Source: Vicugna vicugna (lineage: Eukaryota). Taken from it: 64,000 nucleotides of DNA. Positions 1 to 12,376 of this stretch are shown here, one piece after another (position 1 is the first letter of the stretch; each line of letters begins with the position of its first letter). The position numbers and the translations under genes are program-made. A model generated the notes under the pieces. The model did not search any database and had not been told where the DNA came from. It saw only the letters and a list, made by a program, of their open reading frames with translations. The DNA lies in NCBI GenBank assembly GCA_013265495.1, contig MU058654.1, positions 310,001 to 374,000 on the forward strand, given 5' to 3'.

Positions 1-299
1 TTCCAGAAAGCTCTAGCTGATCTTTGGAGGTGACTTATTTAAAGTGAAATCATTCAGCTCAGCTGTGTTATTTTCTCTGGTGACTTTCTATGGCTGGTGG
101 TAGGTAACGAGATGGCAGGGTAACTGGGCTCCCATAAGGCTGCATTTTTGCCAGATAAACACACCAGAGGGTGTTTGTAATGCCCTCTGTTTGCTAGGTC
201 ATGATTATAATGGCATATTCTCAAAGGAAATGAAGGATGAAAAAGTCATGAAAGGGGCTGAAGGATAAATAGACAATACTTCTCAGTATAATCAGGAAT

Positions 300-590
300 T
301 AAACAATTGGGGTTCCAAGTAAGTGAGCTCAAAAGATGGGGTGTGCTCAGAGTACTGTATGCCTGAAGATTAAGATTTCAGAAACAGAAAAGGTCCAGGT
401 GGACCCAAGAGTGTGCGGTTGAAGCAGAGGAAAAGTTAAACTCACCCACCATGAGAAGGTCAAGAAAACAAGTGACCCCATGTTCGATGATTCATCCATG
501 AACATGGTACATCACCAAAAACAGTAACTGAAAACAAGATGGAAAGTAAGTCTACAAACTAAGAGCTAGAGTCTACAGTGAATGAATGCC
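300..590 (-). mobile_element. L2 LINE fragment, highly decayed
   Basis: gagaaggtcaagaaaac...catccatgaacatggtacatcaccaa...agtgaatgaatg resembles antisense L2 internal sequence (recalled consensus). Confidence 0.55.
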
Positions 591-1129
591 AAGGACACAA
601 GAATGATAGCTGATACCCTGCAGAATGGCACAGCTTTTAACAGTTGTGGTTATTAACCGAAACAAGGAGACCCTGAAATATGAAACTCTAAGTGAAAAAT
701 AGTTTTCATTGAAGATCCACAGTGTTAGAGGTATACAGGTGTCCTCAGGTAATAGCCAAGCTTCTAGTAGATCCACATTCTAGGGAATGTTCCAAAACAT
801 GTAGAGTTCTTGCTGATCATAGACCTGGAAATCAAGAGGACAAGATGAGAAGAATTTTGGAGGGAGGAAATGAGAAGATGAGTGGTGGACTAGATGCATG
901 TAGGGGACACACAAAGCAGTGTGGAGGTGATGGGAATGCAGGATCTACCAGTGACCAGGGTCCCTGAACTCCTGGCAACTTCTCAGGTGATTACCAACGT
1001 GAAGTGTTCAGCCATGAATTCAAGTGTAGCGGTCCTGTGTTCTTACCTTGATACCCCTTCAGGAGGACCTCCCCCTCTTCCGGAACTGTTAAAGTGATAT
1101 GCTGATGTGACCTTTTTCAATGCCAGTTA

Positions 1130-2700
1130 TTTCAATCCTACTGTTCGAATAATATTTTTTCTGCACTAATCTGTGATACCACCTTAAACATTTGCTAAAT
1201 GAACACATCTACATTAGGACCTATGTTGAGGTGTTCCTTCCAATGGATCTGCTCTATTGATTCTCATGCCAATGCCCCTTTTCAAATCACTGCCAATTGT
1301 TAAAAAATAATATTTACTAGGGTAAGTCCTTCTTAATCATTCTTTTTCTCAGTGTGTTGGTTTATTCAAGCTCTTCATTCATTCGGTGAATTTCTAATCA
1401 CACAAAGTGCCAAAACAACACCACTGAGATTGTGATGACTTAGTTAAAACTGTAAATAAATCAGCATTGAACTGCAATAACCATGTCTCTCTTTTGAAAA
1501 TGGCTCCCCATTTACTCATGGCTTTGTTCCCCTCAATTAATTCTCTCTTCTGAATGAGATGTTTCCATTATATTTCCAAATGGTTATTGTTTATCTGTAG
1601 GAAACATATGGGGGTTTCACACCTATTTCTTTGATATTTGGCTTCCTTAGAGAACTATCTTATTAATGTTAAGATTATTTTGAAATAATTACTTCAGGTT
1701 TCATGGGTTAAAAATTATTATCTGCAAAAATTAAAACCACATTTCTCATTTCTGAGTTACCTTTAGATTTTTTTTTCATTTTTAATGGGTTCTTTTATAC
1801 ATAGAACATCATAAATTTCCTTGTCTTACTTTTGTTTCTCATTTACGTATATGAAACGTGTCATCTCTAAGAACATGCGTATTAGTCATTTGAAATGTGT
1901 AGTTCCATTTTTATTTTATAAAATTGAATTACAAAGTTAAATTGTATTTGACAATGATTGTATGTATTTCTTTTGCTTTCCTGAGGTAAGCCTTATGCTG
2001 TATCCTTTTAAATGTTGTTTGAGTCCATTTGTCTGTCTTCTAGCCTTTTTTTCTTAATGCATAAGAATTTGCTTCTGCTTTTTTATAATAGTACGCCCAG
2101 GTTATTTATTCATCTGGAATTCACAGCAGTATTTTATATTTTCTGAGAAAGAACATTATTTATTGCACTGTTTCAACTTGTTTACAATAGATTCATAGAG
2201 AGTCCTTAAAATTTTTATCTTCATATTTATTGTTAGACCATCTATCAATTCTAATTGCATTTATTTGTACTGTCTGTTTTATTATCTTAGAATTCCAAGG
2301 TAGATCAGGAACTGCTTTCCTCATAAAAATGGTATCACATCTATTCATCCATTCATTTACGGATTTTATGTTTTACCAATACTGTTCATTTATAATTGTA
2401 GTTTTATCTACTTTCTTGGGTTGAATGATTATCTCATTTCTTTTCACTTTGTCTTACTAATAATGCTATGAATTTGCTTTTTACTACAGTTTTGGAAGCA
2501 TCCAATACTTTTACTAGAATGCATTTTGGCTTTTAAAATGATGGTATTTATAATTATTTCTGATTTAATTTTCTAAATAGATTGATTAAAGTTTTTTTTT
2601 TTCACCCAAGAAAGGTTATTGGATTGGGGCGGGGGGTGGTGCGTATCTTTTTGATGGCTTAGAATATGATTCTTTTTTCCCCTGTAATTTTTCAATAGAT
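1130..2700 (-). mobile_element. Ancient L1 (L1M/L1ME-like) ORF2 relic, antisense
   Basis: T-rich block with antisense L1 ORF2 signatures, e.g. ttccaatggatctgctctattgattctcatgccaat and ggtaagtccttcttaatcattctttttc...ctgagattgtgatg. Confidence 0.6.
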
Positions 2701-3737
2701 GCCTAAAAGGAAGTATTTTTTATCAGCAGAGCAAAAATATTTGTGCCTGGATAGCTCTTTACTGTTATTCCCCAATGGACTGTAAGCATAGCAGGGCTAA
2801 ACGATTGGCAACCAAGACACCGTAAGTGGTTCGGTTGGGCACTTTATGTACCAAGATGGCTTTATTTCTTTTCTTCCTTCTCAAATTGTACTTCTCTTTA
2901 CTTTCAGGTACAATCACCAGTAATTCGCGGTTTGTGGAATATGTATGCTGTTGCTGTCATACACAGCTCTGTTTTGTCAGAAGCCACATTCATACATGGA
3001 AGTAAGTCACATACTCTCTAGACTCCCCCTCTTTCATCTGAGACCTAAACCACAATTATTAGCACCACCCCCACCTAGTGACCATTCTCCAGATTACAAA
3101 CAGAGGGTCTCAGCATGAAAACCAGCATCAGTGGCTTTCAGGTCCTTCGAATGCAACCAGATTCATAAGTGGAAAGAACCACAATAACACATTAGGAAGA
3201 TAATTCTCTGCAATAGGAATGTAGTTACTTAAGCCTGTCACATTGCGTTAGACTGAAGTACATTCTAACATTTAAATGCCAGAATGCAGTTTATTTTATT
3301 TTTCACCCTGCAGGGTTGAGGGAGGTAAAATTATTCTACTTGAGACTAGATGAGCCATATATTCTACACAGAAAGTAAAACACCCAGAAGTAACTCAGAT
3401 ATTTGTGTTAGAAATCCTTAGGGATAACCTCTTGTGTTTTTGTTTATTGCTGTTAAGATTCATCTGAAATTCAGTGAACTTTCCTGTCTGGTTTCCCCTG
3501 ATCAGCAGGCTATGTTTGAGAACATGACACATTCTATGAGGCAAATGACAATGGCAGTGGCTTCGTTATACGGATCTCATGTGAAGAATCATGAAAGCAA
3601 ACGGCAGTTTTTTATACCATGGCAGCAGCCATCAAAACATAATAATATGTCCTATTTACAAGACTGATGGTGATAATATGATGACATCAGCCTGAGGACA
3701 ATTTGAAAGGAATATTTTGATTTTTAAAAGTGCTTTG

Positions 3738-4492
3738 AGGAAACCCTCCTACCCTGTTGGTGGGAATGTAGTTTGGTGCAGCAACGATGGCAAACAGTAT
3801 GGAGATTCCTTAAATAACTGAAAATAGAGTTACCATATGATCTAGCAGTCCAACTCGTGGGCATATATCCAGAGGAAACTCTAATTTGAAAAGATATGTG
3901 CACCTCAATGTTCACAGCAGCACTATATACAATGGACAAGACATGGAAACAACCTAAATGTCTATCGACAGATGACTAGATGAAGAAGTTGTGGTATACA
4001 TATACAATGGAATACTACTCAGCCATAAAAAAGAATAAAATAATGCCATTTGCAGTAACATGGATGGACTTGGATATCATCCTTCTAAGTGAAGTAAGCT
4101 GAAAGAGAAGGAAATATACTACATGATATCACTTATATGTGGAATCTAAAAAAAAGGACACAAATGAACTTATTTACAAAACAGAGACAGACACACAGAC
4201 ATAGAAAACAAACTTATGGTTACCAGGGAGGAAAGGGGTGGGGAGAAATATATAGGGAGTTCAAGATTTGAAGCTACTAACTACTATGTATGAAATAGAT
4301 AAACAACAAGGCCCTACTGTATAGCACAGGGAACTATATTCAATATCTTGTAATGGCCTGGGATGAAAAAGAATATTTGAAAAAATATATATATATATGT
4401 ATAACTGACTCACTATGCTGTACACCAGAAATTAACACATTGCAAATCAACTATACTTCAACTGAAAAAAAAAACCTAAAAAAAAAGAAAAA
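3738..4492 (+). mobile_element. Young lineage-specific L1, 5'-truncated (ORF2 C-terminus + 3'UTR + A-tail)
   Basis: Encodes ...WMDLDIILLSEVS; cetartiodactyl-type 3'UTR (cacagggaactatattcaatatcttgta...tgctgtacaccagaaattaacac); A-rich tail 4465-4492; TTTTT/AAAA endonuclease-type site at 3721-3729. Confidence 0.93.
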
Positions 4493-6194
4493 GTAATGTT
4501 TTGGCTACAACTGGAATGGATGTCCAATAGAAGGCAAAGCTCAAGCATTTATTCCTCATTAGTTTGGAGAAACAGCTCGACAACTTGCAGTCAGTTTCAT
4601 CCTTTTCCTCATCTGTCTACCAATAACTTAACTTTTCAACTTTACAAAATCATGCCCTACACTACCAATCTTATAGAATAAAATCATCCAATATTATAAC
4701 GTCTCACAGGAAGCCCTAAACAACCAGGTTTGTATCGGAAGGCCCTCCAATGTAAAAAAAGATTTTTCGCAACCTAAAGCTTTATCCATTCTTCAAAAGA
4801 TCATGTTCTCATGACCTGTAGCCTGCCTTCAGGATTCTCCTCAAAAGAAGGTTGCTCGCCTGCCCCAGCTGTACCTTGAGTATCTAACTAAAGGCAAGAA
4901 TTGGAGGTTCCACGCGGGCAGAGTTATGGTCTCAAAGTGGAAAGATTGAAACACAGTTTTTTAATTGTTTTGTGTGTTATGCAAGAAAGTATACTGAGCC
5001 TTTTAATGTTTTCTGTTGTTGTTTGTTTGTTTAGGGTTTTTTTCTGTAGTATGCAAAATCGAAGTTGGAGCTAAACAAAGGAAAAATTAAACAAGACACG
5101 TGCCCCAGGGAACAGTTTTAAAACAGGAAGCAACAGAGGCAACAGAAATAAGAAGAAATACTGAAATGGTGTATCAAAGAGATAAATGGTCAAAGTTGGC
5201 CCCATTGAGGAGGCTGCTCTCACCCAGCCCTCCCTCATCACCAAGTCCCACGGCATTCTCAAAACCACCCAGATTCCAGCTATAACGAATTGTTCTAAAT
5301 AAGGATAATCACTTAGCCGTATAACTATAGAAAATGAGAACCATCATATTAACTGTCTTTATGGAAGCATTTCACAGCATAAAACGATGATAAAAATTTT
5401 GATGGATGCAGATATACCCACACAATATACAAATTAATAAAGCATTAACTAAAGCTAACAAGCTGCCGTTGGCGTTTTTGGCTCCTAGCGTCCCTCCTTA
5501 GAATCCTGGGGAGGAGACTTCACTTCCAGGCCACAGGCCCAGCAGTTAGAGAGACAGCAGGTCCTCTGCCTACACAGCAGCAGCCCGGGCGACCTCACTG
5601 GGATTGTCACAGGACCTCTGATCAGGATTTGCAGAATGGACTTTGCCCGGCCAAGTGCATGCGGGAGAAACACGCTGCACACGCGTTTAAAGGCTCCCGG
5701 GGAATGAACACAGAACCCCCTGGTGTGAGGTGACTATTTCACTGGGAAGGCAGGGGATGCGGTGGCCGGGGGGCAGGGAGGGAGGCATCTTAAAGACTTG
5801 AGCCAGACTCAGGGAGCGGCATCTCCCCATCTTCACCTAAACTCCCAGTGAGAAATTGGTCCGGAATCCTCTCCATCTTTGTTATTATTATTATTGCTCT
5901 GATCATTATTATTTCTCCATTACCCCCAAAGTATCACATTTCAAAAGGATGAAAACTTGCAAATAAATCAACATATGGAGTGAGGCATCTGGGGCATTTT
6001 CAACCCTGTCTTAAGGGGACAATGGTAACAATTCCTTTAAGGAGCCTGTCTGTCTCATCTACGTCCCAGGTGAAGCAGTGAAGTCTTTCCAATAATGTCG
6101 CGTGAGCTGGAGGTGAAAGAGTGGGACCACGACAACAAACCAGGACTCACTGTCCTTTTCGAATATTAAAGTTTCAAGGAAAAAAGGCCTTAAA

Positions 6195-6560
6195 GATGTG
6201 AGTCAGGATCAGAAAAGAGGAGGCCCCTCCCCCTCCACTCTGTTCCCCTCTGCCTGGCCCCTCCCCCTCGCACCTCCTCCCCCCTCCGCTCGGCTCCCTT
6301 GCACACAGGGCTGTCCTGAAGAGCCCCACCAGTGCCCTCGGGTTGGGGGGGCGGGGGCCACCCTGCTGTAGCCCTCCTCCTCTTCCCACAAATGCAAACA
6401 AATTGTTTTCAGCTACAATACCACGGGGCTTCGCTCTGACCCGCGTGGTACAGTGACACTGTGCGGCTTGAATTTTTACATACAGCTGCATAAAGCAATT
6501 TTCATGTAAATTTCTAGGTAAATCAGCCTGCAGTTGGTCTATTACACGGACACATACACA
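6195..6560. promoter_or_regulatory. Candidate promoter/enhancer core (AP-1, CCCCTCCCCC tracts, GC box)
   Basis: TGAGTCA 6199-6205; GGCCCCTCCCCCTC at 6222-6235 and 6256-6269; GGGGCGGGG 6348-6356; retained CpGs; no repeat recognised. Confidence 0.5.
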
Positions 6561-7768
6561 GAAACCATTAAGTCTGACCGAAGATTAGAAGTTGCCCTTG
6601 CTTCTTCGGATGCCTTTCCCTGCGCCTTCAACGGTGTCTGAATGCGACAAACCGGAATGAAAAAAAACGCCTCCGCTCAGTGGCTCCTGGACATCCCCCA
6701 AGGCATGCCGGCAGAGAAATCAGAAAGGGCCTCTCTGGTAAAGAAAGAACCACGGTATGAAAATCAATCCTAATATGAGCAGAGTCAGGTAGTCCTCTCA
6801 TCCTGCCAGGGAGCTACAGAGCCACCTCCGCCCAGTACCCTGACTCTTTTCCCAAAGGTGCAGGGGATGCAAGCAAAGAGCCCCCATGGTCCTCAGCAGG
6901 CTTGCCACTCCCCTGGGTGCAGGCAGGCTGGCTCAATTAGCTCACAGCGGGTGGAGGAGTTTCCAGGGTCAGGGGAGCAAGTCGGCTCTTCAGAGACACC
7001 TTTCCCTGGGAGCTGGGAGCTAGGACCCTCCCTGCCCAGCCAGCAACAGGAGTTAGGCAGCCGACCCAGCCATCTGGCAGCAGTTGGTCTGGTCTTTCTG
7101 TCTAAATGCATCTCTGCCCAAAGGAGGCATTTCTGGAACACGTTCTTTTAAGGCAACAGCATCCACAGAGCACAGAGGGAAAGATGTCACCCAAACCTTG
7201 CCCAGGATGTTTGTTTATGCAATCTTTAAATAATTCATCTTTATCCCTCCTGAAGCCCATCACAGCATGTCAAAAATAAATGTGTCGCCTTGGCCTATTG
7301 TTTGCAGCTCAGGATTGTCAAGCGAGGAGACAATATTACAGAGACGGAGGGAGATACACGCAGGAGTGTGACCTTTAACTGCAGTACCTATAACCAATCT
7401 CATCAAATTAAAGCACTGTATATTTTCCTTAATAATCTCTGATTAGGCTGGGGCTATGAGTGGACACGAACACCCGCCATTGCTATGCAGCGGGATGTCT
7501 GCTTAGCACCAGCAAAGCGTTTGGGAATAAGTGAGCAAAATGCTTTAATTTGATAGGGTTAGAATCCTGCAGGCTTTGGGGTGAAAGGTCCCCAACAGCT
7601 CCGCTCACACTGAATATGCAGAAATAAAAAAGTAAATTGCTTACATCTGCTGCAGGCGGCAGGGAAAATGATCTGATTGGACAGTCCGAGGGCTCTCCAT
7701 CTCTTTTGGGTTAGAGAGAGGGTTTCAGAGCATCAAAAGCTTGTAATTGGAGTAATTCTGAATTAATG

Positions 7769-7806
7769 GACACACACACACATACACACGCACACACGCA
7801 CACACA
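7769..7806. repeat. Imperfect (CA)n microsatellite
   Basis: Direct reading. Confidence 0.9.
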
Positions 7807-10800
7807 ACATTTTGAGGCAGCTGTTTGCAGAAGCCCGCCTGTTTAGGAATGCTCACAGATTGCAAAGTAGCAACTTTGAAAATAATCGTGCCCTCCCCAA
7901 ACGAATCCTCACTACAGGTTTGAATTTGACAACAGGTAACAAGTATCACATTCTTATCTGGCTCGTCCTTCTGCCAGGAAGCTTGGGAGCTATCAGATCT
8001 ACACATCTACTTGCCCACTTTGTACAGCTCCCTGAAATATGTGTGCACTCCGGGTCTCCTTCATGCATAAAAAGACGATTCGGAAAGGGCTTCACTGGGA
8101 TGCCTAGAAGTTGACATAGAAAGCTCAGGTTTTGCCTTGCTCTGTGATGTGGGATTCCATCTGTGTATTTGATCAATAAGAGTCAAAGGCAGGACTCAAG
8201 GGCTTTTGGGCACAAGCCGGTTTGGTGTCAGGCAGGATGTCAGGAGGCAGCCTGCCACGTCCCCCTGATGCATTCATGGGACCCTATTCGGGACCCTGCC
8301 TCACGGATCACGTTAGACCTGGCTCGATCCGCAGCTTTGACAAGCATTTTATGTTGACGAGGCCAAGGTTGCATGGAACTTTATTTTCGTTTTTTAACTT
8401 AATTTAATTGTATTTTATTTTACTGGCTCACACCTGCTTGCAGATCTAAATAACATCGCCTCGTCCCCTTGTCAGCAGGCTCCTGTCGTGTGTTGAAAGC
8501 AACTGTGGCCTCTCCTGGCTGAGAGTAAGCCCCCGAAGGAGGGGAATTACTGAAACTGAACGGGTCGAGGGAGTGGATCCTGCGAGGCCAACTTTCAAGA
8601 GCTATTTCTCAGCCAGGCATTGATCTGGGAAGGCAGCCTTGGCCTGACGAGCACTGAAGCTGAGACGGAGGTTCCCGAAGGCTCTTGGATGCTCTGGCCT
8701 CATAGGGTCAGCTCCAGGCTCCTCTGATATTCTAGTAGTAAGTGGGGCTGATGTCCAAAAGCAAAATTTTTTTTCCGTATTCTTAGCACTGCCCAAGGCT
8801 CTCTGAAATCAGCAATAGCCCATTGTTTCCTGCAAATACCAGGTTGATAGGTTTTATAATGCCATTAAGCAAGCTAAAATATTCTAGATATCACATTTTA
8901 TGTATAGTAGGTGTACAAATTATATATATGCACATAGATGCATGCACACATCCTCATAGGATTTTCTTAATATAGGAAAATCAATAGACTTGACACCAGC
9001 CACACAAAAAGAAGTCTGGGTTTATCCCTTCCCAGCAAACTCCATGATACACAGAGACAATGAGTCTTTTTAATTTCTCGATTTAGGTGGGATTGCTCAG
9101 GGTCTGCCACGGAGATGCCGTGACCTGCTTTCTCTTAGAAGGATTCTCTATGAGCCAAAGTCCTCTCCTCTGTGAGGTTCCGCCTCTACCAAATGGCTGG
9201 CTCCGGTCTCTATCACCCTGAGATCTCCTTTGTCTGCTGGGCGCTGCCGCAGTCTATTGGAAGGTATTTGTCAACAATTATATGTCTATTAAGGAGTAGT
9301 CAATCAGTGTGGGCCCAAACAGCCAGGCCTCCAGGGCCCGGCTATTGATAGGAAACTGTCAATATCCCATCCATCCTTTTCTCAACAAAACACAGGCACC
9401 TCTCCCAAATCATTGTCTGCAAAACGTGCAGGCCTGGGTTTCCTTTCCCCGTTTCTTGATTTCTCCACTTCCTAAACTAATATTCCATTTGAATGAATAA
9501 AAGCCTTTTTTAAAAATCTGAATAAAGGATCTTTATTAAAATGCTGTTTCAACTGGGTGGGGGGGTAGATATTTAATATAATTAAGACTATTATGGGAGG
9601 ATTGTGCATGTAGGTGGCTGCAATTACTCCTGAAAATTGCAAAACCGGAAGAAAATTAATAAGGGATAGTTTAAATTAGTTTGACGGTAATTAATATCTA
9701 TAAATACTTTCCATTCCACCAACACCAAGTTTAGAGTCATTTACTTAATTTAGGACAAAAGGTTGTGTGATCAGCCAATATATTTTCGTGTATATTCAAT
9801 TTACAAATCTTACTGCGGATTTTGTAATTATTATCTTAAAAGACTTGTCTTTTTTTTTGAAAGAAGAAAGACTGGGAGTTCTATGTGAATGTTCAAAACT
9901 GAAGCCTCCTCCCCCCCCAACCCAGCCCAGGAGAAACCACAACGTGGCGGGGGGGGGGAGAAGAAAAGAAAGAAAGAAAAGAAGCCCTAAGTAAGGCTGT
10001 ATCCTTTGAACATGCGGCCCTCCTGCATCACAAAATACACTAGTTGTCCTACAACAAAAGACGGCATCAAACCCTCACCACAAAGGCCTCAGACACCCAA
10101 CAATATTTAAAGCAGATGTAATATTTAGAGTGGGCTGCGCTATGTCGGGTGCACTTTTAAGATCCGTTACAGCCAAGGTTTGTTAAGTTTACAAAAACAA
10201 ATATTTTCTTCCTTCATCCCGATGTTCCCCTGCGATTCTTTGAGTCCTCCATCGGATGGGGAAATTAACATGAGGCAGGCGCCATAGCTCAGGGTTCAGG
10301 TAACAGGCAAATGAATTCGGGGATAACGATGATTAGACCTGCCCTTCTGAATCGAGCCTTCTTTCGTTCTGTCCTGTGTATTTTCACCAAAAACCAAACA
10401 ATTCGGATATTGGGATGGGGGCAAAGGAAGGTCAAAAAGAAGCACAAAGGTCCAGTAAAAGTTTGGGGAAGGGTTAAGGTAAAAATATAAATAACAAGTT
10501 GAAAGTGCTGAAAAGAAACCGAGATGTTTTCAGGTCCCAGGTGGAGAGGAGTTTCTCCCTATTCGGTTTCTTCTTCTCCGAGTCAAAACAGAGTGGCTCA
10601 GAGGTACACCAATCAAATTACCTGTCTCCAGTCTAAAGAGTGTTCCCCGTAACAGAGGAAACTTGGAATTTTTTTTTTTTTTTTACATTTTATGACCACA
10701 AACTAATGGCCCTTAATGTATGTTTAGTTTTACAGGTGGTGTTGATGTTCCAATCCACTGATCGATCTTCAAATCTCATGTGCCATGTAGATGTATAGCA

Positions 10801-12227
10801 GACCTGCCGTTCATTTTAGATGCTCGCTCGGGGAAATTATAGATGGCCTTAACAAGACGTTCCACGGGCGTAAATAGTGAAATGGACCAGGTCAGGAACC
10901 CACGCACTCAAAGGTCCCTGCGTCGTTACTTCCGCAGCAGACAGTCATAGTTGCAAGGGGCAGCCGATCGCCTCTTTTGAAAGCTCCGTTATGCGTATTT
11001 ACAAAATAAACAATGCATGCAAGTTCAGGATTGTCATCATTAATAATATGCATTATGGCCATCCGTTAAATAAATATACGTGCCATAGATGTCCGCCAGA
11101 CCCATCACGTTTTTTTTTTTTCCCTACATCAGATCTAAAGCATTGTCTCTATGGTGTTTTTTTTTTTTTAATCACTCTTTATTGAGGCAGCAGCAACAAC
11201 AGAAAGAAATTATTATTTAGAATAACTCACCAATGTTCAGAGACTCGGATTTTAAATCACGTAAGTCAGCAAGTGCGGAGGTGGGGCGAGAACTTGGTCT
11301 CATTAGACTCAAGTTTGCTAAGCACAGCCGCAAACCAGGATCCAAAATGCTCTCCATGCTTCGATAATGAACTGCCTCTCGCGGAAAAGACAAACAAATA
11401 AACAAATAACGTGATCTCTCCTGAGTTCAAACGGAACAAGTTGTCTGGTGGGAGAGGCTTCTATTGTGATACGCTTTTAAAAATGTAATTTTGTGAGCAG
11501 GGAAATATTTACTTACTGACAAATTCTTTCGCATCAAGATACAGTTAAACATGATAGGACTTATCTTTCAGGAGTTTCAACTCCACCACCTAGAAATCAA
11601 CGTACAAGTGCCCAGAAGGCTTAGCAAGATTCTTTCATTGAAGTGTCTTTAAAATTTTTAAATCACATATTTTAAAATGGATATTACTCTGCCCTCTCAT
11701 TAAGTAATGGTTGATTCAGAAAAATAGAAAGCAAAAATAAAAGTATTGCCTTCAAGCACTACTCTAACTAATTATTGAAGAATTATAGAGTAAGAAATGA
11801 ATGCTTGGAAGAAAGAGCTTAACTTTTACTTAACTAAATTTCTTAACAAGCAGAAATACTGAAGTAGGAAAAATCTGGGGCATATTATTTATAGATTATA
11901 TCTACACATGTGGGAGGAAGGTATATATTTCATAGAAAAAGAACATTAGCAATACCTGCTAAAATAAAGAACACTTTGTCGCCTCTGATTTTTCCCCTTA
12001 AAAAGGGTGACGTAAATGCTCTATAGGCAAAATGCATTGATGACCATTAATTATACTTATTTTATGGGCCAAAAAGAAACACTTCGGCAGCTGTCAATAT
12101 AAGTGCATATTACTTCCTTTTACGTAGAGGCTTTTGTTGAGAGAGTCATAACAAAACTTTTCAGACATTTCATAAATCTTTGTCAAATTTCGATCAGCAG
12201 GAGAGCAGATATGTGGCTAGATAGCTT

Positions 12228-12300
12228 GGCTCAGAAACGTTGAGAGTCCTGGCCAAGGTCACACAGCCTTTCTGTGATGAACACTGGACTCCCAGCTTCC
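12228..12300 (-). mobile_element. MIR SINE fragment
   Basis: ggctcagaaacgttgagagtcctggccaaggtcacacagc matches antisense MIR core. Confidence 0.7.
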
Positions 12301-12354
12301 ATTTACCTCGTTGAGGACTACAACGCTGTCTGTGATTCCCATCAATTAAAATGA

Positions 12355-12376
12355 GAAAGAGAGAGAGAGAGAGAGA
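12355..12376. repeat. (GA)n microsatellite
   Basis: Direct reading. Confidence 0.9.

Noticed and set aside
6174..6491. 105-aa Gly-rich - strand ORF
   Set aside because: Composition is explained by the C-tracts; no recognisable homology or exon structure.
7635..7672. - strand microexon (ttttccctgccgcctgcag CAGAT gtaagc)
   Set aside because: 5 nt, frame-shifting, with no host gene evident; likely chance.
10297..11266. + strand exon chain (donor 10300, acceptors 10735 and 11132, donor GTAAGT 11261)
   Set aside because: Sites do not pair into one convincing structure and the intermediate donor is weak.
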